Below, in pieces: positions 55,623-64,000 of a stretch of DNA of 64,000 nucleotides. Source of the DNA: Selaginella moellendorffii. Lineage: Eukaryota > Plantae > Lycopodiophyta. Location of the stretch: the NCBI RefSeq assembly GCF_000143415.4, contig NW_003314298.1:1019027-1083026 (forward strand). Direction: 5' to 3'. The translations under genes and the position numbers were made by a program. Positions within the stretch are counted from its first letter, which is position 1. Every line of letters starts with the position of its first letter. A model generated the notes under the pieces. The model was not told the origin of the DNA, did no database searches, and worked only from the letters and a program-made list of their open reading frames with translations.

Positions 55623-58555
55623 TTACAGAAATTCCTCCACTAGATCCCGCACGTTCGCTAGGTTCTCCTCCGATTCCCATGTTGCTTTGCAGTGTGGAAA
55701 TCCTTTCCACTTCACATGGAACTCTCTCACCTCGCGTCCTCGTCGCTTGCTCTTGCGCGCATTAAGGATGGCCTCGACTTTGTATTCCTCTTCCCCTTGG
55801 ATAACCTCAAGTAAAGGTCTTACTTGGTCCTTGCAAAGCGGATCCTCAAAGTACGGCTTGAGTAAGTTCACGTGGAACACTGGGTGCATCTTCCCCATCT
55901 CTTGAGGAAGTCGGAGTCGGTAAGCAACTTTACCGATTCATGCCTCAATCTTGTAAGGCCCCGCGAACCTGCTTAAGGAACTCAAGATCAATTCATTTAC
56001 AGGAATACATGCATTTTTACCTTTGGGTCAACTTCCGGTTGATCCCACTTGGTAGCCTGAGATTCATGGTGTTCAGCCACACCTTCTCCCCAGCTTGGAA
56101 CTCTACATCCCGGCACTTTTGGTTCGCGAACTTGGTTTGCCTTTGTTAAGCCTGTTCCAAGGAATCCCTCACTAGATTCCAAATGTTGAGTCTTTCCGCC
56201 GTGAATGCCTCCACTGCGAGTAGCTCTCCATGATACTCGGCCACGCAGAGTTCCACAGGACCTTCAATAGCTCGCCCATTGATGACTTCCCATGGACTCA
56301 CCCCGATACTCGAATGTGGTGAGTTGTTATAACACATTTCCGCAAGTCCCAAATGACTTACCCAATCGGTCTGGTCTCCCAAGACATAGCATCGCAAATA
56401 ATCCTCTAGCTGCCTATTCACCCTTTCCTTTTGTCCGTCTATCAAGAAGTGTTAGTGCCACCAAACTTGACTTAATACCCCATACCTGTCTATGGGTGAT
56501 AGGCTGTGCTGAATTTCAACTTGGTGCGATACTGTTCCAGGAGAGTCCTCCAGAACCTATTAGTGAAGATCTTATCTCGATCTGAGATGATCTCTTCTGG
56601 CCTTCCCCACACTCGAACCACTTGTTCAAAGAACAGCTTCGCCACACCTTCCGCATCCACTTCCGTTGTGGTGGGTATGAAATGTGCCATTTTTGAAAAT
56701 TGGTCCACCACCACGAATATCACATCAAACCCCTCGCTTGGGGGGAGTCCCGTGATGAAGTCCATCATAAGACATTTCCACGGGCAATCTGGAATTGGGA
56801 TGCTTTGCAACAAGCCCCCACTAGCCTTAGTCACGGCTTTGACCTGTTAACATGTTGGACATGTCTTTACATAATCTTGGACGTCCTTAGCCATATCTGG
56901 CCAATGGTACTTCCTCTTGAGTAAGCCCATTGTCTTGGGCACTCCGCCGTGTCCCGCAAGAGGTCCGTCATGACACTCTTCTAAGGCTACCTTCCTTAGT
57001 TCCCCTTCTGGAACATACACCCTTGTTTGCTTGTAATAGATGAGTCCATTGCGTTCTGCATAGCCCGTTTTCTCTTCCGTTGGCAGCTCACCTCTCTGGT
57101 GAGCTTCCCGTGCCTCTATATTCCTCAGCAAAACTTCTTGTGCTAGACCATCGTTCTCATATGCTGTCCGCACATTGTCCCAGAAGGTTGCTGTTGCGCT
57201 GGATATCGCCAACCTCAAGCTTGCTTTTTGACTTAGCGCATCTGCCACGATGTTGCTCTTCCCAGGCTTGTATAGAATCTTGCAATCAAACTCGGCCAAG
57301 GCATTGGCTCACCGACCTTGTTTCCCTCTTAGGTCAGGCTGTGACAAGAAGTGTTTTGTTGCCACATTGTCCGTGTAAACCTTGAAGTGTCTCCCAAGGT
57401 AGTGTCGCCACTCCTTGAGTGCCTTGACCACTGTAAACAATTCCTTCTCATGGGCAGGCCACTTCCTTTGAGCATTGTCCAACTTCTTCAAGAAGAACAC
57501 TACTAGATGGTTGTTTTGCTTCAAAACTGTGCCCAATGCAAAGTCCGAAGCATCCGTTTCTACCTCAAAGTCCTTACCAAAGTCTGGTAATGCCAACACA
57601 GAAGCCTTCCTCAACTTCCCTTTGAGGTGGACGAATGTTGCCTCGCATTCCACTGTCCATACCATCTTCCCTTTTCCTATTTGGTTCGTTAAGGGCAGGG
57701 CTACTTTTGAATAGTGTCTGATAAACTTTCGATAGTAGTTGCATAGCCCCAAGAATGCCCTCAACTCATGTACATTCGATGGTCGCTCCCATTCCTGGAT
57801 CGCTTGGACCTTCTCCGGGTCCACCTTGAGCCCGTCCTGGCCCACCACATGCTCGAGAAACTTTACCTCTTGTTGAGCAAAGTCACATTTGCTCTCTTTA
57901 GCATACAGTTTGTGTTCCCTTAGTTTCTCAAACACCTTCGCCAAATGTTTGGCATACTCCTCTAGCGTCTCGCTATAGATAAGGATGTCATCGATATAGA
58001 CAACCATGAAGTGATCCAGATAGGGTACAAAGATGTGGTTCATCAGCACCGAAAATGTTGCCGGCGCATTATATAGCCCGAAGGGCATCACCAGAAACTC
58101 AAAGCTCCCATACCTCGTTCGACAAGTTGTCTTCTCGACATCTTCCTCGGCTACCCTAATCTGGTAGTATCCTGACCTTAGGTCAATCCTCAAAAAGTAT
58201 TTTGCTTTTCCCAACCTATCGAACAGGTCCTCAATCCTTGGCAAAGGGTATTTGTTCTTCTTTGTATACTTGTTGAGCAATCGGTAGTCTATGCACATGC
58301 GCATAAATCCATCTTTCTTTTTCACAAATAACATCGGCGCCCCATACGGCGACTTGCTCAACCTAACATACCCTTTGTCCACCAACTCCTTTAGTTGGCA
58401 CTTGAGCTCCTTGAGTTCTTTTTCGTTCAAACGATAGGGGGGACGAACCACCGCCTCAGCAACCTCGACTAACTCAATTTTATGCTCTATCGGTCATGTG
58501 GGGGGCAACCCGCCGGTAGCTCCTCCGACATGGTATCCTGGAATGGGTCTAACAC
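55623..58555 (-). pseudogene. pol (RT, RNase H, integrase, chromodomain) with stops and two GT-AG introns (56439-56485, 55969-56020)
   Basis: RT YIDDIL; RH ETDASD; integrase zinc finger HDGPLAGH..CPTC; MDFITGLP and ISDRD; chromodomain YKVEAIL..FHVKWKGF..ATWE. Confidence 0.93.
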
Positions 58556-60358
58556 CTACTGGATCACTAAAGGTACTTCTTCCGTTCTTGTCTTTTTGTC
58601 ATTCTTCACCAAGAGTAAGCACAAAAATGCTGCCTTAGTTCCTTTAGTGAGTTGTCCTCTCGTGGACACAAGGTTTAAAGAGGAATCTTTAGCCTTGCTT
58701 TGCCCTACCTTTAGATCCTGGGCCTCCACCCTAGATCTTCTTCCTTGGGCATTCGCCAATACCACAAGGTTTCTACCTTGTCCATGCAAAGCTACCACGA
58801 ACCGATTGAACCAATCCATTCTGAAGATCACGTCAAATCCCGCCATGTCCAACATGGTGAAATCCATGTCCACCTTCCAAGTCCCCACTTCGACTCTCAC
58901 TTGTCGAAGTACCTCATCGGTGCTTTGGCTACCTTGAACAAACTCTATAGTCCTTGGTTCGCCTAGCCGCTGCACCGTTAGTCTGGCTTGTCGGACTATG
59001 TCTGCAGCCACAAAATTATCTAAAGCACCCGTGTCAATAAGGATCTTAACAAAGCTACCTCCGAGCTTCCCTTGGAGGGCTAGTAGATGTTGCGAACGAC
59101 TCTCTACCAAAGTTGCTCGTGTAATGAGTAACTTTGAGTTAGGGACTGGATCACATACCTCAATTTGGACTTCACCCGACTTGATGGCCATATTGGCTCT
59201 GGCCTTCTTCGAGTAGGGACATTCCCTCAAAAAGTGTCCCGCTTCACCGCAATTATAGCATACGTTGTTTCCCATGCTGCTATACGACTTGACCTTCTTA
59301 TCCGTAGGTTTGTCTCTTTTCGCTTGACTCCCCCATGTACTCGCTCGCTGGCCACCGGATTTGCCTTTCCGGAACCCCGAGGACTCATTCTTAGAGAAAC
59401 TCTTCTTGAATTTCCCTCGGCTATACGTTCCCCTTGGTTTGGGCCCTTTGCTAAATGTGGACCCTGACCCCGTCGTGTTTCCCTTTCGCAGGTTATCGTT
59501 AAAATGCACCTTGATGGCCGCATCCAGCGCTTCCTTGTAGTTGGTCGGGTTCCACCGCATCACCTCACTATGAGCCCAGGTTTGCAAACCTGATATGAAG
59601 GCATGGAACACATCCATATCCCCCATGTCCATGACAAGTATCCTCTTTGCCATAAACCTATTCACATACTCCTGAATGGTTCCGGTCTGCTTCAGCCTAC
59701 TCAGCTCGTCTCCTAGATGTAGAGTAGCATTCGGAGGAACGTAAGTCGTGCAGATCCTCGCCTTCATCATTTCCCAAGTGGCCACCAGTCCTTCATTGGC
59801 CTCTGTTGTTCTCCACCAAGATTTGGCATTATCTGCCAAGTATGGTTTTGCACATGGGACCTTCTCCGAGCTTGGTAACCGCAATGCTCGAAAGTAATCC
59901 TCCATATCATAAAACCAATCCTCCACCACCTTATAGTCATTCACTCCCTTGAAGACCGGTGGGGGCTTTGGTTTGTACTTGGGAACTGCCTGAGGGACTG
60001 ATTCCACTTCGGTCTGTTTGACCTTGTTTGGTTCTACCTCAGTCCCTACCGAAGGGTCTGCACCCTCTACGCTGCCAACATCCGTAGTCTTTCGCTTTTT
60101 CTTCCGCTTCTCGTCACACTTTAGCTTGCGTACGAGAGTCTCCAGTAGGGCATTGGTCTGCGCCAATTGTCCTTCTAGAACATCCAATCGAGCCTTGGAC
60201 AACCGAACCTTGCCACCGGACTCCTGTTTGGAAGTTTCCTCACTGGAGTCCTCCTCATGCATGGATTCCTCATCCATAGCCTCTTGTTCAACCGGAGGCT
60301 CCAACTCTGGCGAAGATTCCGTCTCCGCCTGGGTTCGCTTACGCCCTACCTTTGCCAT
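58556..60358 (-). CDS. gag-protease of the chromovirus (ends at a mutational stop)
   Basis: Retrotrans_gag (AKSWW..TWEMMK..LKQTGTIQEY), zinc knuckle CYNCGEAGHFLREC, aspartic protease ILIDTGA...DVIFRMDW. Confidence 0.93.
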   Translation of the reverse strand: MAKVGRKRTQAETESSPELEPPVEQEAMDEESMHEEDSSEETSKQESGGKVRLSKARLDVLEGQLAQTNALLETLVRKLKCDEKRKKKRKTTDVGSVEGADPSVGTEVEPNKVKQTEVESVPQAVPKYKPKPPPVFKGVNDYKVVEDWFYDMEDYFRALRLPSSEKVPCAKPYLADNAKSWWRTTEANEGLVATWEMMKARICTTYVPPNATLHLGDELSRLKQTGTIQEYVNRFMAKRILVMDMGDMDVFHAFISGLQTWAHSEVMRWNPTNYKEALDAAIKVHFNDNLRKGNTTGSGSTFSKGPKPRGTYSRGKFKKSFSKNESSGFRKGKSGGQRASTWGSQAKRDKPTDKKVKSYSSMGNNVCYNCGEAGHFLRECPYSKKARANMAIKSGEVQIEVCDPVPNSKLLITRATLVESRSQHLLALQGKLGGSFVKILIDTGALDNFVAADIVRQARLTVQRLGEPRTIEFVQGSQSTDEVLRQVRVEVGTWKVDMDFTMLDMAGFDVIFRMDWFNRFVVALHGQGRNLVVLANAQGRRSRVEAQDLKVGQSKAKDSSLNLVSTRGQLTKGTKAAFLCLLLVKNDKKTRTEEVPLVIQ

Positions 60359-63300
60359 CTCCCAGCAATCCGCCTCTATCCTTCGTTAGAACTGAGGAAA
60401 AAGCTATGATACCAAATTGTAAGCCACAAATTTTTCCTTTCTAATTTGCCAGCTTACCTCGTTTATCCGACCAACACTGCCTTGGCTTGTGCTAAGTTCC
60501 CTCGCCAAGGTTCTCGCCTATTGTACCAGCTCCTACTTGGTCTTACTTGGTTTCAGCTACTCACTGCACGAGCAATGGAGCGTTAGCCTTCCATCCATGG
60601 ATTCCCAAATCTCTCCCAATCCCCCTCCCCGGGTTAGACTGGACTTAAAGTTCGGCTACACTCCCCATAGGCACAAGCAGCCAAGCACACCAAGCCTCCA
60701 GGTTCCTAACACCCCTTGGTACAACAAGACTTGATCATGGGACCCTCTAAATCCCAAGCCTTGGGTGCAACACTTGCTTTGGGATATCGAGGCGAAACAT
60801 TGTGGCCTAACGGCCCGGTATGGGTACCTCTACCCCCCCACTTCCATCATGAAGGGAAGGCCCAAGCCCCTAGGAAGGGCGAGGACCAATGAGCCACAAG
60901 GTACTCAAGTGGGGCACCACTCCATATGAGCCGGGAGCACCGCAGTCGGTTTCCCTTTCGGGAGTGGGAGCTGCTCTTGAGCACTTCTCTGGGTGGCTCT
61001 TCCGGCACCACCCAAGCCCATGCTCACTCCCACCCAAGGCCCCTCGGCCCCAATCTCAACCTCAAGTCAGTTTGGAAGCACCACTGGAGAGTTCCTTCAA
61101 GACTGGTTCCTGGACCTCACTATCCCTACTATACTTTTGGAACCCCCTGCAGCCCCCCCCTCCCTGGGAGATGCACACTTTGGGCTTTCACCCCCTTGAC
61201 CCGTATTAGTATTTGGACTTAGTCTCAAATTCGATCTCGGACTCGATCTCGGACCCGACTTCGGATTTGGTCTCGGACTCGATCTCGCACTCGATCTTAG
61301 ACCCGATCTCGGACTCGACCTTGGACTCGGTCTCGGACCCGATTTGGATCTCAAACTCGGTCTCCGATTCGGCCTCGGCTCGATCCCGGACTCTATCTCG
61401 AACTCGGTCTCAAAGTCGGTCTTGGACTCGATCTTTGACTCGGTCCCATCTGATGAACTCTTTGTCATTTTGGTCAAGCTTTTGGGGATCCTTTAGCCTA
61501 CGACATCTCGGGGAGTAGGTTCCTTACAGGGTTGAGTTTTGAGCTTTTCCTTGAAAAGTGATTTAGTCATGGACTATGTTAACTTTACAAGAGGAAGAGT
61601 TAGTGATCAATATTGAAGATGTTGGTCATTTGTTGGATTTGCGTTGGGATATATTAATCATTAATGTTTTTTTTTGTGCTTGTTATGACATGAGTTATGT
61701 CTTGCTATAGATGGATTCATAAAGGATTGTTTAGTGATCACTTGTTAAGCATAGCTTCATTATGCTTGGCTTTTGGATTGATGCAAATATACTCTTCATT
61801 AACTTTGCATTATGAAGTTTAGCTTTTGGATGTGTTGAGGAGGATGTTATGGGTTATACCATGATTTTCTTTTTAACATTGAAGTTAGTTCATGTGAGAC
61901 TCGTGATCATTATTAAGCAAGAAAAGTTGTTGGGGAAGACATTTTGGCTTGTTAGCTTTGATGTTGAAATTAGTATTTGCATCTGGCAATCATTGGTGAT
62001 GATTGACTATCATCTAGGATAATTGATCATTCGTGTCAACAGTTTTGCTTGATTATTATTGATATAGAATGATTTGCTGTTCTTCGGGATGGTGGATTCT
62101 TTCTTCAATGATGGGATGATTGGTGATCTTCATGATAGTTAGTTATTCTCTTTGGTGGCTTTTGGTTTTTTGCAATACCACATATTTTTTATGGTTTGCT
62201 TTGAATTGATCTCTTGGGTTCGAGATATTGGTAGGATATTGCTGATGTTTGCTTGAGCAACTCTGGTTCCTTTATATTATTGACCAGAATCTATTTAGAT
62301 TGGCTAGTGCAATAGTTGGTATGAATGAGTGTTTGTTAGTTTTGCCACATTCATTTTGTTTTGTTGATTATTGTTCGAGTTAGTTTTAATAGATTAGAAT
62401 GTTATTTCCTTCATTCGCAAGCATTTTGTTTGTTAGTTAATAATACTTTATGTTCTTTGAGTTGTCTTTTATGAGTTGTTTAGCATACTCTCTACAATCT
62501 TCGGTAGTTAAGTTTTCTCATTGAGTTTCCTTGATGATATACTTGCTATTGAATTTTGTTGGATGGTGATTCCTATATTTACTAATTATGATGATCTTAG
62601 TGGTTCCTATACTATAATGTTGGTTTATCGGATGATAACTTACTTGGAATACTTTGTGTTCTAATCTAAGATTTATTCACTGATAATTCCGACTCTAAGG
62701 TATTATTGTCTATTGACTTTGATATTGTCCATCTATTGATCTTTAAGTTTGGGCCAGTATAGGTAGACTGACTTTGGCACTTAGTGTGCATAGTGAAATC
62801 TTTAGTCATGGGGTAGCTACTGTCGACAAGTCATATAACCTGCCTCTCTGTCGATGTTCCTTATTCCATTAAAAGGCCGTGACCGTGTAAACAACTCTAA
62901 CTACCTATTTACAGTAGTTTATCCAAACCTTACCGATGGGTTTGATTTCTTTGCTCAGGAGGGCTGGGGCCTTTGGCTTCTCTCTCTATGCCACTTGCAG
63001 GCAAGGGTGTATCACACTTTTGTAAGCTGCGTGACACCCATAGCAGCAAGGGTGGCTAACTCCGTTGGTCATTTCCTTATTGGCGACGGCCGAAAGGTGT
63101 TTGAGATGGTAGCGCTTCCGCGTTAGATAAAGAGGTTGCTTCCTAACTCATTTAATTTAGTGCATTTCTCATATAGTGTGAGTACAGTGAACTTTTTCTG
63201 GAGTTGTTTCCTTGGCGGTATTCTAGACTCGAGTATGCATTGACGAGGACGTTGATCTTCCCTAGGGGGGGAGAGTGTCGCGAATGTGACTTCGATATCA

Positions 63301-63835
63301 AAAGTTATGTACTGGCCAATCTTTATAGACACTCTTTCCTTACTGCCACGATGACAAGAGGTCGGTATTGCTAGTTCCCTTTATCAGCCCCTCTTGTTTA
63401 AGTGTTAGTAAACTGGGCTTAGCACCTGTACTTAGCCAAATGGACATAAGGTAAGAACTCCTATGTGTTTCTAGCTAAGCATACTCGATCTGAGTTCTCT
63501 TTTGCTCTGTCTTGCACTAGCTTGACAAAAACCCTTGCATATTGAGATTGGTCCCTCAATGCTTACCGTGTCTACCAAACACCCTCACTATCATGCCTTT
63601 TGTGTTAGTCTCATTTCGGTTCTAAATGTTATTTATGGAAAGTATTTAGATTTGCTCATTTGGTATATCTACGGAATGTAGAGATTGTTCTGAACATAAT
63701 GGTGTTCATCCCGTGTCCAAAATCACAATCTAACGCTATTCCATATTTAGTAAGTTTTGAGCTTGTCCTAGAGACTAACTCTTGATACTAAGGGAGGCTT
63801 GGGGTGAAAGCCCAAAGCGTGTGTTCCTCAAGGGA

Positions 63836-64000
63836 ACGGGGGGCGGGGGGGGGGGGGGGGGGGGGTTTTTTGGGGGGGGGGGGGGTTTTTGGGGGGGCCT
63901 TGGGGGGGTTTTACTTTGGGCTAAAAACAAATTTTTTTTTTTCCCTTTGTTTAGCCCCCGGGAATTTTAAAAAAGGCCCAACCCCCCTTGGGCCCCCTTT
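63836..64000. other. Low-quality G/T homopolymer tail, probable read or contig end
   Basis: LTR similarity collapses into long G and T runs exactly at the LTR's G-tract. Confidence 0.7.

Larger units (their letters stand above)
53857..61528 (-). mobile_element. Full-length chromodomain Ty3/gypsy LTR retrotransposon (chromovirus), nested
   Basis: LTRs 60418-61528 (5') and 53857-54985 (3'), TG...CA; TSD GGGTC/GGGTT; PBS TGGTATCATAGC 60403-60414; purine-rich PPT next to 54985; gag-PR-RT-RH-INT-CHD order. Confidence 0.96.
49584..63835 (+). mobile_element. Outer LTR retrotransposon with decayed/non-coding interior (LARD-like), host of the nested elements
   Basis: 5' LTR 49584-50707 (TG...CA), PBS TGGTATCAGAG 50710-50720 (tRNA-Met type), PPT AGGGGGGGAGAG 63264-63275. 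The 3' LTR starts at 63276 and matches the 5' LTR until the sequence degrades near 63835. Confidence 0.88.

Noticed and set aside
63836-64000. G-quadruplex or Gly-rich ORF at the window end
   Set aside because: Looks like sequencing breakdown after the LTR G-tract.

Overview
Eukaryotic plant genomic DNA, most likely the lycophyte Selaginella (inferred from very compact genes, ~50-100 nt GT-AG introns, many PPR fragments and Crinkler-like ORFs). Roughly 6.9-46.7 kb is gene-dense. It holds an RD19/cathepsin-F-like papain protease with two decayed tandem copies, a CYP77/CYP89-type P450 head-to-head with an organellar TPR protein, a membrane coiled-coil protein, AP-5 zeta, COP10, a kelch protein, a group IId WRKY, a DRM DNA methyltransferase, a GT34 glycosyltransferase and COQ5. 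Interspersed are a Merlin/IS1595-type DNA transposon, two inverted Crinkler-like NTPase pseudogenes (one split by a MITE) and short-LTR retroelement relics. From 49.6 kb to the end lies a three-level retroelement nest: a decayed outer LTR element contains a near-complete chromodomain Ty3/gypsy element, which in turn contains a 193-bp solo LTR carrying a 5S rRNA promoter segment (Cassandra-like). The most unusual observation is two clean GT-AG introns (47 and 52 nt) in the gypsy integrase, whose removal exactly restores conserved motifs. The Cassandra-like LTR also has termini nearly identical to those of its gypsy host. All calls come from reading the sequence by eye; no searches were run.
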